This document shows, one piece after another, positions 1-12,003 of a stretch of DNA of 64,000 bases (positions are counted from its first letter, which is position 1; each line of letters opens with the position of its first letter). The notes under the pieces are model-generated. The model did not search any database and was not told where the DNA came from. It saw nothing but the letters and a program-made list of their open reading frames with translations. The stretch spans positions 248,001 through 312,000 of IMG/VR virus record IMGVR_UViG_3300043436_004687. One strand, 5' to 3'. The position numbers were made by a program, and so were the translations under genes.

Positions 1-1
1 G

Positions 2-349
2 TTTGCCCCAGAATTTTTAAATAGGATTGATGAAGTAATAGTGTTCAATTCCCTAAGTGAGGTTAATATTCAAAATATAATTTCAAATGAAATTAATGAA
101 CTTTCAAATGGGTTATTAGAATCTGGTTATAATTTAAAAATAAGTAAATCAGCTTTAGAATTTATAGGTAAAGAAGGGTATCATCAAGAATATGGTGCTA
201 GACCATTAAAAAGAGCAATTCAAAGATTAGTAGAGGATCCAATTACTGATGAATTACTAGATGAAAAAATTAGTAAAGGTGATACCATTAAAGTAAGTTT
301 TGATAAAACCAATAATAAAATAGTAGTTTCAATTGAAAAGTGTAATTAA
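2..349 (+). CDS. clpB: ClpB/ClpA-family AAA+ chaperone, C-terminal end (5' part lies before the window)
   Basis: The frame is open from base 2: FAPEFLNRIDEVIVFNSL...GYHQEYGARPLKRAIQRLVEDPI, the typical ClpB D2 sensor and small-domain motifs. Confidence 0.9.
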   Translation, partial: FAPEFLNRIDEVIVFNSLSEVNIQNIISNEINELSNGLLESGYNLKISKSALEFIGKEGYHQEYGARPLKRAIQRLVEDPITDELLDEKISKGDTIKVSFDKTNNKIVVSIEKCN

Positions 350-833
350 TGAACTTTATTTAGATGAAGTTAAATTTAGGAGAGAGTATAAAAGACATTT
401 AATAAATCAATTTAGAAGAAGGAAAAAATTTGTTAAACTAAAAAAATCAATTGAAGTATTTTCGCAAGAAGATATAAATAAAATTTTATTTGGTACAACT
501 CTTTCAGAAGTTATAGGAAGGTACACTCATTTAACTCCAACCAAAAATGGTAATTATTATGGTAGATGTCCTTTTTGTAGAGATTTGGGGATGAATAAAA
601 GATCATTTAGGGTTTCTAATTTAAAAAATAGGTGGAAATGTTTTGGTTGTGGGGATGGGGGTTGTTTTACAGTTGGTTTTATAAAGAAATATTATAATAT
701 CGCTTTTGATAAAGCCTTAAGATTCATAAACAATGAGATTACAATTAAAAAAATAAAGTTAGAAAGCATTGCCGTGGTAAGGTCACGTTTGAAGGCCAAT
801 AGAGGGAGTGAAGATAATGGATTACCATTTTAG
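333..833 (+). CDS. Stand-alone CHC2 zinc-finger protein (DnaG primase zinc-binding-domain-like)
   Basis: GRCPFC...SFRVS...WKCFGCGDGG motif; no primase catalytic domain follows. Confidence 0.75.
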   Translation: MKSVINELYLDEVKFRREYKRHLINQFRRRKKFVKLKKSIEVFSQEDINKILFGTTLSEVIGRYTHLTPTKNGNYYGRCPFCRDLGMNKRSFRVSNLKNRWKCFGCGDGGCFTVGFIKKYYNIAFDKALRFINNEITIKKIKLESIAVVRSRLKANRGSEDNGLPF

Positions 834-880
834 TAATTCCCATAAATAAACAATTGATTTAACCACTAGATTGTTTTGTA

Positions 881-969
881 AACCCATTAATTTAATTATT
901 AGTGGGTTATTTTTATCTAATATATTATAGAAACAACAAAACTCCTTATTAAATTTAATAAGGAGTTTT
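881..969. terminator. Pair of hairpin terminators between convergent transcription units
   Basis: aacccatt/agtgggtt stem (881-908) and a perfect aaaactccttatt/aataaggagtttt stem (938-969). Confidence 0.75.
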
Positions 970-990
970 AATAATTTAATTAAGATTTAA

Positions 991-1158
991 TTATTTTGAT
1001 TTCTGAATTTTAGCTTCAAGAATTGCTTTAGCCTTTTCTCTATTTTCTTGGATCCATTTCTTTTTCTCCAATGGTAATTGCGCAGCTACTGCTTCTTTAA
1101 CTATATTATCAATTAAATCAACTAATTCACTTTCTGCTAATTTTACAACTTTTGACAT
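991..1158 (-). CDS. 55-aa protein missing from the ORF track; possible virion head/internal protein
   Basis: Manual translation: MSKVVKLAESELVDLIDNIVKEAVAAQLPLEKKKWIQENREKAKAILEAKIQKSK. TATTTATA lies upstream (1175-1182, minus). Confidence 0.7.
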   Translation of the reverse strand: MSKVVKLAESELVDLIDNIVKEAVAAQLPLEKKKWIQENREKAKAILEAKIQKSK

Positions 1159-1204
1159 ATTAAATATATTTTATTATAAATATGTTGTTATTTAGTAAAA
1201 GTTC

Positions 1205-1918
1205 TCATATATTAACTAATTCATTCAATAAATCTTCATTATGAATGTTATATTTCTCTAAAAGGTTTTTTATTTTAAGTTTTTTAGTTGCTTCAGTCAA
1301 ATCTTTTGGGCAAAGTAATTTAAATTCTGTGCTTTTACTATTAAATAATTTCCTATATTTTGTATCAATAGCTTCCCAAAGTTCATTGTATTTAAATTCT
1401 TTAGAAAGTTTTATTATGTCACTCAAAACATAATTCATTGATTCATAATTATAAATTTTACCAGTTGATGCTATCTGTATTCCATAATCTAATATTCTTA
1501 GAGAATGGAATATTGATTTTAAACCAGCGTTCAAATCATAATCACCTAAAACAATTATTTTTTTCTTTCCCTTTACCCAGGAGTTTGAAGAAATTGTTGA
1601 AATGCTAGTTCTAAGTTTTGTTTTATCTAAATTAAAGTTAAAAAGTTTTATTTTATCTTTAACAATAATTATATCCTTGGCTTTTAAAAACAAACATTCT
1701 AGTGTTTGGATTTCATGAATATCAATTAAACTTTGAAATTGTTCAATTGTGTAGCAATGTATGTTAATGTCATGGGTTTCAAAATATTCTTTAGCAATAA
1801 TTATAAAATCTTCATCAGAATCTTCGTTAGCTGTGTTGTAAACAATCGAACCAAAACGATAAATACATCTTACATTGTCATCATCAATATATTTCTCAAT
1901 TAAAAAATTTTTAGTCAT
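1205..1918 (-). CDS. Pol-beta-superfamily nucleotidyltransferase
   Basis: YRFGSIVYNTANEDSDEDF (GS...DxD motif) followed by a helical C-terminal region. Confidence 0.75.
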   Translation of the reverse strand: MTKNFLIEKYIDDDNVRCIYRFGSIVYNTANEDSDEDFIIIAKEYFETHDINIHCYTIEQFQSLIDIHEIQTLECLFLKAKDIIIVKDKIKLFNFNLDKTKLRTSISTISSNSWVKGKKKIIVLGDYDLNAGLKSIFHSLRILDYGIQIASTGKIYNYESMNYVLSDIIKLSKEFKYNELWEAIDTKYRKLFNSKSTEFKLLCPKDLTEATKKLKIKNLLEKYNIHNEDLLNELVNI

Positions 1919-2600
1919 ATTTAAATTCAGTTATGTGGTTACTATTAACCATAATTTGTACTAAATCATTATTTTCAATGAATTGTGGGTAAAGAGTTAT
2001 TTCTCTAGAATTTAAAATTTCATTTAATTTAGTTCTCAATTCTAATTCTCTAGCAATTAAAGATTCTTTACTTGGAAGATAACAACCATTATAGTTATTA
2101 TTTAATAGTTTAATGCCATCAATTGTAGGTAACTCCCCATTCATTAGTTTTTCAGCCATATACAAGCTACGTAACGCATGAAATTTCTTTTTATCAAGAT
2201 TACCATGTAATTTCAAATCTCTCTTTGCTACGCCCAGATATGCTTTTATTATTTTATATGTAGAACATAAAAATAAGGGGTTTTCAAATTCACCGCTTAA
2301 TAATACAATATCAGCGATCATTCCACCATCACCTGAAAATAAATTTTGGTAAAATTGTTTGTTAGTCATCCATACATATTGACTATTGTTTATTTTATCA
2401 TCATATTGCCAAGAATGTATGTTTGGTAAATATATTGCTAGTGTTACAAATTCGCTATAAAAATCGTCTTTAATTACTCTAACGTAATCAAAATCAGAAT
2501 TTTTTGTGGATATGCCATGTAATTTAGAACCGAAAACATATTCTTTATATTCTAATTTTGAGAGACATTCATGCTGTTCTTTTGAAATTTTTACATTCAT
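1911..2600 (-). CDS. Pol-beta-superfamily nucleotidyltransferase
   Basis: YVFGSKLHGISTKNSDFDY motif; its stop overlaps the start of the next NTase gene. Confidence 0.75.
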   Translation of the reverse strand: MNVKISKEQHECLSKLEYKEYVFGSKLHGISTKNSDFDYVRVIKDDFYSEFVTLAIYLPNIHSWQYDDKINNSQYVWMTNKQFYQNLFSGDGGMIADIVLLSGEFENPLFLCSTYKIIKAYLGVAKRDLKLHGNLDKKKFHALRSLYMAEKLMNGELPTIDGIKLLNNNYNGCYLPSKESLIARELELRTKLNEILNSREITLYPQFIENNDLVQIMVNSNHITEFKYD

Positions 2601-2694
2601 AATTTTTATGTGTGCTTTTTATTTTACAAAGATAATAAAAAAATATGGATAAAATAATATTTTTTTATATATTTATTTATAAAATGTATTAACA

Positions 2695-2847
2695 ATGGAT
2701 AAACAAGAAAAAAGGATTATTATTAGAATTGATGGGAAAACCAAAGAACAATATATTGTTCTTTGCGATAAAACCCATATGACGATTTCAAGTAGATTAA
2801 AATATTTGATGAAAATGGATATTGATAATAAATTAACATTTAAATAA
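2695..2847 (+). CDS. 50-aa ribbon-helix-helix (CopG/Arc-like) DNA-binding protein, missing from the ORF track
   Basis: Manual translation: MDKQEKRIIIRIDGKTKEQYIVLCDKTHMTISSRLKYLMKMDIDNKLTFK. It has an alternating beta-strand (RIIIRID) followed by two helices and stops 1 nt before the HNH gene. Confidence 0.65.
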   Translation: MDKQEKRIIIRIDGKTKEQYIVLCDKTHMTISSRLKYLMKMDIDNKLTFK

Positions 2848-2848
2848 T

Positions 2849-3553
2849 ATGGAAGAAAAGATTTGCACTAAATGTTCCAAGAAAAAAGAATTAAATTTGT
2901 TTGTTATTAATAATAAATTAAAATCTGGCTTCACATCTCGATGTAAAGAATGTACTTCAAAATATAAAAAAGAATATGCAATTAAAAATAAAAATAAAAT
3001 AATTGAAAAGAAAAAAGAATACTATTTAAAAAATAATGATTTAATTAAAGAAAAAAGAATCATTTATTTAAAAAATAATAAAAATAAAATAGCAAAAACA
3101 ACAAAAATATATTATGAGAATAATAAAGAAAAAATAATAAAATATCAAAAAAAATATAAATTAGAAAATAAAATTAAAAGAAGTTTTAATGAAAAAAATA
3201 GGTTAAATGTTGATCCATTATATAAATTAAAAACTTTATCTAGAAAAATTATTGGTAAATCTTTAAAAAATAATGGATTTAAAAAAATGTCGAGAACACA
3301 TGAAATTTTAGGTTGTTCTTATGAAGAATTTAAATTATATTTAGAATCAAAATTTGAATCTTGGATGAATTGGGAAAATTATGGTAACCCAAAAGATGGT
3401 ATATTAGAATTGAATAAAACATGGGATATTGATCATATAATTCCATTAGCTTCAGCTAAAACAGAAGAAGATGTTATGGAACTTAATAATTTTAATAATC
3501 TTCAACCATTATGTAGTTATACTAATCGTTTTATAAAAAAAGATTTTTATTAA
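2849..3553 (+). CDS. HNH-type (homing) endonuclease with N-terminal Cys motif and Lys-rich helical linker
   Basis: CTKC..CKEC at the N-terminus; WDIDHIIPLASA...NLQPLCSYTNR at the C-terminus; oriented against the local gene flow. Confidence 0.8.
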   Translation: MEEKICTKCSKKKELNLFVINNKLKSGFTSRCKECTSKYKKEYAIKNKNKIIEKKKEYYLKNNDLIKEKRIIYLKNNKNKIAKTTKIYYENNKEKIIKYQKKYKLENKIKRSFNEKNRLNVDPLYKLKTLSRKIIGKSLKNNGFKKMSRTHEILGCSYEEFKLYLESKFESWMNWENYGNPKDGILELNKTWDIDHIIPLASAKTEEDVMELNNFNNLQPLCSYTNRFIKKDFY

Positions 3554-6500
3554 ATTGAGATTGAACGAAATAAAATATCTCTAAATTCCCATTTTGTGTA
3601 ATACTCTTTTTTCCCTCTGGGAAGAATTTACCGTTTACTCTCATTCTAAATCTTTTAGCATCTGAAAAAGAAACATTAGTCTCAAAAAGTGATTTTTCAA
3701 ATAATTCAACTTTATTCTTTTTGCCTTGAATATTGAGCAACATAGTCATTATTGGTTTTCTTTTCTCCCCCATTTTATTGGTTTAACAAGTTTTATGTTA
3801 TAGCAGCCATAGAGAAAGCAGCTGAATTAATTTTCTTTACAAATTAGAATTTTATTAAATTTACTATTGTTATTTTTTGTTGGTAATTTTAATAAGTAAT
3901 CAACTAAAACTTTATTGGTTGGATAATTTGTGTTTTTCGGGTAACCATCAGTTTCTCTTTCTTTTGCAAATTCAAACCAATAGTAGTCTTTAAAAATACC
4001 TACAATTGATTCACACCTACCTTCACCCCAATAGTCTTGGGAATGCATATGTAATTGAGGTAAAGAATCTCTAAAAGCATATTTTCGTTTTCTTCTTCGT
4101 TCTCTTTTACCATCTAAAAACCACTCCCAGGATAAGTCCTCATAATTAATTTCTAATAATTCGAAAATTCCCTTTTTATACATTAATTTTAAAAGTCTTT
4201 TCTCCTCTTTTAAATGTTTTTTAATATATTTTTTCATAATTAGTTTCTTTCGTGAACTGTATGTTTATCACCACATGTTAGACATATGCAATTATTTAAA
4301 TCTTGGTATGTTTCAATATCTTCTAAAACATAACCAGCTAATGTTTGAGTAAAATTTTTATCATCACCACATTTTGGACAATGTTTATGCTTTTCCTCAT
4401 ATTGTTTCATTTTTTGATTATAATTCTTTAAACTTTCTGAATCATGTTCTTTAATTAAAAATGGTGCATAAACTAAACCTGAGTCAACGTCTTTAGTTTT
4501 TACTCCATAATATTTCAATTTATGGTTGAAGATTAATTCATGATTTCTAATTTTATTAATTTCTTTATCTCTACCAAAGTATTTTTTTGGTATTTTAAAA
4601 GAACGGAGCAATTTTTCTAATTTTGAATTAATATAATTAGAAAATTCTTTGTGGTTATCTAAATTTGATTTATTCATTTTCCTTTAATTTACGAGCCTCA
4701 ACCAACTCATCATATATATTTGCAATCATTTTAGGGGTGTCCGCTTTATCATAAGCCATTGCTTCACCACCATATAATATGAAAAATTTACTAATTTTAA
4801 ATAAATGGAAAATAATTCCAATAATATTTAACCCTAAGAAAAATGGTAATGCTAATATTCTTTTTACGTATTTCATAAATAATCTTTTTTAATTTTATTA
4901 TCATTTCTTCCATGCAATTCATCCAATCTATTTTGATGATTGGATGCAAAATATACTTTATTATATTGTTCTATAGAATCAAACGTTCCACCATATCCAA
5001 TAGTCACCTCACCTTCATAATCACAAAAGCAACAAGCACCACCCTCATCATATTCACCATTATCATTTTGACAAAATGGGCAAGGTTTATATTTTAAATG
5101 TCCCATGGGAAAGTATTATTTGGTTCAAAATCACATTCTTTGGGCATAGGTTCATTATAATCATCACCTAATTCAAAAGCATTTTTCTTTGCTTCGTTTT
5201 TAGGTGTATATAGAAAGTGTTTCTTATACTCACAATAAAGTAAATTCACTTTTCGTTCACTCTCCGAACCATCATAATGATCATAATAAACGCTAGTTTC
5301 TTTTTTAATTAACATTGGGCAACTATAACAAGGTCTAAAGTTAATTGGGTTTCTTAAACATAACGATTCGTGATTTTCCATAGCATGTTTACGCTTTAGT
5401 TCTTTTTTACAAAAGTCACATTTATATAGTGTTATATTTTCTTTAATTTTCATTTAGTAGATTGTTCTTGTACTTTGATAATATTTAAAGGTGCTGAGGT
5501 TTCAATCAATGGTTCCAATATTTGATAAGAACCTCTTTTTCTAACGTAATATATTACATTAGAACCCCTATAAGAATTGACTTTTGGTTCATCAAAAAAT
5601 TCTTTAACCGCACTTAAAGTATCGCATCTATCTGGATAATGAACTTCATATTCAATATAGTATAATGTAGTTGGATCATCCCCACCAATACAACTATAAA
5701 ATGTTAACAATACTAATAATAATATTTTTTTCATATTTTTATTTATTTAATAATTTAAATTTATTTAAAACTTCATATATAATTCTTTCAATTTCATTAT
5801 AATCTGGAACTTTATAACTAACGCTTTCAGCAAAATAATAATTTCCAGTAAGATATGCTCCGCAAGTTTCCGCAACCCATCTTTCAGGTTTTTTCTCTTC
5901 AATATAGGGATAATTATAGGCAATACATAATTCTCTATACTTATTTTCTTTCTCAACTAATTTCCAATGATTATCACTAATCATTAATATTTCATTATAA
6001 TACTGTGGTTTTATTTCATCAATAAGAGTAAATTTTAATTGACCTAGATGAGTCATATAGAGTTTATCTTCACCATTACAAAAATGTGAAAGAGAAATAA
6101 AAGAACAATTTAAACTTTCTTTAGCAATTCTTTTAATTTCAGAACTTATATTAAACATATTTTTATTTTAAAGTTTTCATGTTATTTAAAAAGTACGTAT
6201 TCCAATCATTAATACTAATTGAATAATCATTAAAATCACCAAATGGTGAAAAACTATTACAATTAATACAGCAAATTCCATTTAAAAATGGGGTGATTTT
6301 ATCGCACAAAATACAATATTCTTCACAATATTGTATGGGTTGACAAATTATAATTTCCTCACCCACTTTATAAGGATTTGAAAATATATTCCTAATCATT
6401 TAATAACCTATTTTAGCCAAATTAATTTCATTCTCAATGGCATTTCTTATTTTTTCTTCATAAACCATAGTAAACCCAACTCTACAACAGAAAGGAGTTT

Positions 6501-9500
6501 CTGAATTACATTCTTCTTGACCATCATTCATTTCTTTACATGCACCATAAATCATAAATTTATCCGCAATTTCATTCAAAACATCGTCTAAGGTTTCTAT
6601 TTGCATAATTTTTATTTATTCATTTGTCTTTTATAAATCCAAACTGTATCAATTTTATTGTCTTTTATAATTAATTTATATTGAGGTGTTACCTTATAAT
6701 CACTTGTTATTTCATTCCAAGGATATATTGAAATAATTAATGTTGTAGCTAACATTCCCAATGAGAAACTTAAAAAATAATCTCCTAATTTATTCATAAT
6801 TTTTAATATTTTTTATATTCTTAAGTAATTTGATTTTTCTGTATAAAAATTTTCCGCATCTTGAAGATCCACAAATTGACCAAGAACTTCAAAACCACAA
6901 GAAATTTCTTCTTTCCATTCATTTTTATAAGTATAAAATCTACCTACAACGAATGGTAAATTACAATTATTTGTCTTCGAGATTTCATTCCAAATATTTA
7001 GATTAAAAACACCTATTCTTATTCCAAATCTGTAAATGGAATATATAGCTTCTATATTTTTACTCATTTTATTCTTTTTTATTTTTACAAGATTTATGAT
7101 GAAAATAATCTTTAACTCCAATGTATAACGTCAACAACCCAATAATACCCCAGATAATATTAAAAATAGGATTATGTAGCAATTCTTCAATAAAAGAATG
7201 GTTTTCACAACTATGTTCATTAGCCATTGAAATTAAAAGAATTGATTGTATGAATTGAATAATATGGAATGATGAGTGAATAATATTCACAATCCCTAAT
7301 GATATAAATGCAATGTGTTTTCTCATATTTTAATTTTATTTAATTATATAAATTGGTGATTTTTCTGTTTCTATTAACTCTTTAATATGCGTTTGTTGAT
7401 TATTGTTCATATCTATTAATTGTTCAATAATCAAATAAGGGTCAACATCGTTTAACAAACAATGTATTACATTATTAAAAATGGGGTTTGTATTATACAA
7501 CTCATGACCATTTTTAAATTTGTTTATTAATTCTTCTTTTTTTCGATAATTCTCTTTTCATATAGTCCATTATCTAATACAAAATAAATGATATAATCTG
7601 TCTTGTGTTTTAATATCTTGGTATCTAAATTCAACATCTGGTTGCCATTCAATGTCATCACTATCCTCATTAATTTTGTAAACAAATTTGTTTACATGAG
7701 TAAACATAATTCTACAAGAATCTAAATCTCTTTCATTTTTCTCTAGAGCTAATAAAATTAAATCAATTGTAATTGGTTTACCAAGCATAATAAATTTAGC
7801 TTCATCATCAATAATTTCTTGTAAATTAACATTCTCTTTACCCCAACCACAATCAATAATACCATCAACAAAAAAATCATCATAATCCCCAGTATCTGCA
7901 ATTTGATTCCCACCATAAACACTTGTGATTAAACCATTTACCCATTCAAAATTGTCTTTAAAAATTTCTTTTTTTATTTTAAAATTGTACCCCTCTACTG
8001 GTTCTTCAGTTATATTTGGGTAAATTAAATTATTGATTGTAATTTGTAATTTTTCTTCTTTATTTAACACTTCCATTTATTTTTATATTAAATTCTATTT
8101 GTTCTCTTAAATCATCGTCTTTAGTTCTTTCTCTTGCAGTATATTGTAAAACAACACACATTCTAAATCCATACCAGGGGTCTGGAACCATTTCAAATGT
8201 CTCTTGGTTAAAAATTTCAACACTTGGTAAATAAAAATTATTTTTTTCTAGATAATTTTTAAATGAATCCACTACTTCTTTTTCAACTTCAAGAAAATGT
8301 GAAAATTTTTTATTTAGGAATTTATAATGAGGTATTTCAACCACAGTTTCAAATTGCATATTATAAATGATTTAAATTACCAATAATTTTATTTTCAAAT
8401 ATAATATTATTATGTTTATCCACCATATTTAATTCACGTAAATTCATTATTTCGTTAGTTATTGGTAATGGTTTGTAAGGTAATAATTCATTATTAAATC
8501 TATTTAATAATTCTAGATAGACTGACCCTATATTATTAAAGCATTTAAATATTTTATCAAACCAAATAATGTTAGATAAATGTTGATGGTCAATTTCACT
8601 TATTAATTTAATTTCCCCAGTTTCCGAGTGCCATTTTTTCATTTTATTTATTTTTAAATTAAACAACTACCTTTCAATGCATAAATAATGGCATCTCTCA
8701 TTGTATGTAATTCCTGATAAGTCTCAACATCTTTCATACCACTTTTTAAATCATATACCTCAATATCAAACCCAATTAAATGGTTATATTTAGTACCCCC
8801 ATAAAAAGCTTGTATTTCAATTTCCTTACCTTTGTAAGTGGCGATAAATTGCTCGTTTGAATTTATTTTTATGTTCCTATCTTGTATTACTTTACCAGCT
8901 ATTTTCATAATTTTACTTTTTCAATTCCTAAATAAAAATTTTTAAATTCATTTATATTAAATAATCTGACAGCAAAGAAAATACTACCATCTCCTTCTGA
9001 ATGTAAATAAGCGTCAAAAAAACCTCCTTTATCAAATAATAGTATATTATCACCATTAAATAAACAAGGAATTTCATCATAAACACTTTTACCAAAATAA
9101 CCACTTTCTAAGATAAATTTTTCAGTTAAATTTTCCATAAATTAATTATTATAAGTTTCTAAAGGGCAAGAATCGGGTATATCTAACCTATTACTTCCAG
9201 CTGTATGATCTAAATCTAATAAAAATGGTGTAAAATCTTTATTATCGTCTCCATAATCACAGATAAACGCAGTTGTATGACCTTCACCCTTTAATTTTAC
9301 GCAATACTTACATTGATAACAACTATCTATTATATTTTCTATTTTTTTCATAAATTTATAGTTTTTAAATTTTCAATGTCTGCAATAAATTGACCTTTTT
9401 TAACTAACATTTCACCCAAATCATGTGTGATTTGTGCTAATAATAAACCATCTTTATTACCCATATCTTTTTCAGTTATTTTTATGTGTCTATTAAGATG

Positions 9501-9581
9501 TGTTAAACTCTCATTCAAACTAATTAATTTTTTATCAATGAGTTGATTTAACAATTCTTTTTGTCTTCTATTTAATTCCAT
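3531..9581 (-). other. Cluster of ~20 short co-oriented hypothetical phage genes (includes lipoprotein-like 5450-5734 and Cys-rich 4240-4677, 4873-5106, 5094-5453, 9142-9351)
   Basis: Tightly packed minus-strand ORFs with overlapping start/stop codons; no recognisable catalytic motifs; the 5450-5734 product starts MKKILLLVLLTFYSC. Confidence 0.7.
7336..7561 (-). pseudogene. Short gene with an apparent 1-nt frameshift just after the start codon
   Basis: ATG AAA AGA GAA TTA... stops early; removing one A gives MKENYRKKEELINKFKNGHELYNTNPIFNNVIHCLLNDVDPYLIIEQLID... open to 7336. Confidence 0.4.
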
Positions 9582-9638
9582 AATTATTAGTTTTAAAAGA
9601 CAAAGATATAAATTTAATAATTAATAACCTAATATTTT

Positions 9639-11075
9639 TTAATTAAATTTAATACTAGGTAATAATTTTTTTAATTTTTCATAATTCTCCCCACCAACAT
9701 CTTCTTTATCTACACTAAAAAATTCTAATTTACCTCCATTGGATTTATCTAAATATTTAATATTTTCTGATATTTCCTTTATCTTATTACCCTTTAAATT
9801 TATACAGATTAAACTTTTACATTCACCTAAATAATCGGGTAGTATTTCTATTAAATTATTGGGTAATGAAAGAGTTTCTAACTCTTTTAATTTACTTATA
9901 GATGGGTGTAATTCTTTCATTTTGCAATTCATTATATAAATTATAGAAACATCTTTAAATCGACTTATATCTGGTAATTTTGGTATAATACAATCTCTAA
10001 AAGGTAGGCTTTGAATCAAATCATCTAAAACATCAAACATTCCTTCTGGAAAACCAAAATTATTTAAATAATCAACAAATTTATTTTTTATGTTTTTATT
10101 TGTTTTATTCAGATCTTTGGCCATCCTTATCAATTCATTATAAAAATAATTTGATAAGATTTCTGATTTTTCAAATACTTTATCATACAGTGATTTTTCC
10201 TCTTTATCAGTCCTATCCATTATCTGATTGGATGGGAAATGTAATTGCCACAATTTAAGATTTTTACCTAAAAATGTTTCATTATCAATTATAATATATA
10301 ATTTTGATTTTTTCCCATTAGGTTCTAATTGTTCGGTATAAGTTTTAAACATTCCGTTGGGTTTACCTTCCCTTAATTCAGCAGTGCACCAATTGGTTAA
10401 TTTACCAAATATGAGACTTGCATGTACAGTTAAAGGAATAAACACTGTAAAGTTTTTATCTCTTGCTGGAATTTCAGCTTGTTTAGAATTTACAAATGTT
10501 AATAATTGTTTTTCTAATTCAGAAACATCTCTTTCAATAAAAGGGTCAACAACATTATATAATTGTTCTAAATTTTTATATTGGTTGATATTTGTTGGGT
10601 CTGTTATGTTTAATAATTTTGAATTATTTTCGCATAAATCTTTAAATAGTTTTTTTCTTTTATTGGCTTCAAATATTTTAAAATGTTCATGGGCTGAAGG
10701 TAAATCCTCATTGATAAATCTTTTTGCTTCGTCTATTTTTCCTGATTTAATAAGCCTAACAAATACTTCTAATAACCATTGAAGATAAATTTTATTTTTT
10801 GTTGGATCCGCTTGAACCATAGATATAAAAGTATCTTCATGAATTTTTATTGTTGTTTTAAAACTAATGGTGTCTTTACCTTCATAATTAGATCGCTTTT
10901 TAACTGTTTTAGTCATTAAAAAATAATCAGATATGGAACTCTCTATGACATTAGAATCAACCCAATTATTAATTTCGTCTCGCAATATTTGATATTCTAC
11001 ATCTTCAATTACATTATATTGTTCAGCTAAATAAGCAATTCTATTTACACCTATATCTTCCTTTTCTTTACTCAT
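9639..11075 (-). CDS. 478-aa protein with a central WCTA-motif region and C-terminal leucine-rich repeats
   Basis: LTNWCTAE...LYIIID...LWQLHF, then LRR-like units ELHPSISKLKELETLSLPNNLIEILPDYLGECKSLICINLKGNKIKEI. Confidence 0.75.
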   Translation of the reverse strand: MSKEKEDIGVNRIAYLAEQYNVIEDVEYQILRDEINNWVDSNVIESSISDYFLMTKTVKKRSNYEGKDTISFKTTIKIHEDTFISMVQADPTKNKIYLQWLLEVFVRLIKSGKIDEAKRFINEDLPSAHEHFKIFEANKRKKLFKDLCENNSKLLNITDPTNINQYKNLEQLYNVVDPFIERDVSELEKQLLTFVNSKQAEIPARDKNFTVFIPLTVHASLIFGKLTNWCTAELREGKPNGMFKTYTEQLEPNGKKSKLYIIIDNETFLGKNLKLWQLHFPSNQIMDRTDKEEKSLYDKVFEKSEILSNYFYNELIRMAKDLNKTNKNIKNKFVDYLNNFGFPEGMFDVLDDLIQSLPFRDCIIPKLPDISRFKDVSIIYIMNCKMKELHPSISKLKELETLSLPNNLIEILPDYLGECKSLICINLKGNKIKEISENIKYLDKSNGGKLEFFSVDKEDVGGENYEKLKKLLPSIKFN

Positions 11076-12003
11076 TATAATCTAGTGCTTCTAATATCTG
11101 ATGTTTATTTAATTTAAATTTATTTATATTTACTCCATTAAAATTGAATGAATTATTTGGTGGTAGGATGTATTTTAAGTCTGGTGATAAATTACAAATA
11201 ACCCACTCATCTGTTTGAAAGTATCTAACTTTTGCTTTATTTTGGTGGGGTATAAATTGTAAATAAAAATAATAAATTTCACCCCTTAAGGTTTTTTAAT
11301 TCTCATTGTATTTCAATTAAATCTTTCGGAATATCAAACCAATTTGAATATTTAAAATGTTTAATCTGATGGTTACCAATAGATCCATCTTTAAATTTTA
11401 CAATTCTACCATCAAAAACCCTATCGGTTCCAACATAATTTCTAAATAACCAACGTGGATTATCAGATGGTTTAATAATCCTAATTTTAACATATTCAAA
11501 CATTTGCCACATCTAATTTTATCCCAATAGATTGAAATAATTCAACAAATTTTTCTACATTCATCGGGAATGATGTTTTATATGCTCTTCTTGGGGATGG
11601 ATAATTATCTTTTATAAAATCCCACTCCCTAAATTCCTTACTATAAAATAATTCCCCAACAAACTTACCATTTTCAGTAACGTCCCAAGCATAGTCTACA
11701 CCAGGGGAATTGCAAGGTTTATGATTAATATTTTTAAATATGTTAGATAAATTATTTGGGGAGAATTCAGTGGCAAGATTTATTTCTTTTAATGAGCTAT
11801 AACTTTTAAAAAAACCGTTTGTAAATCTTACATCAATAGTACTCCAATCTTGCGTTGGTGGCCACCAATCATTTTCTCTAGTTGCTGGAGCTAAATCCCT
11901 ACTATGATGTTTTTCTTCAGCACTTTCTATTTCTAATTGAACTATTACTTTAGCATCAGTCTTAACATTGACTAATTTTCCTTTTAATAAATTTGTGATT
12001 TCC

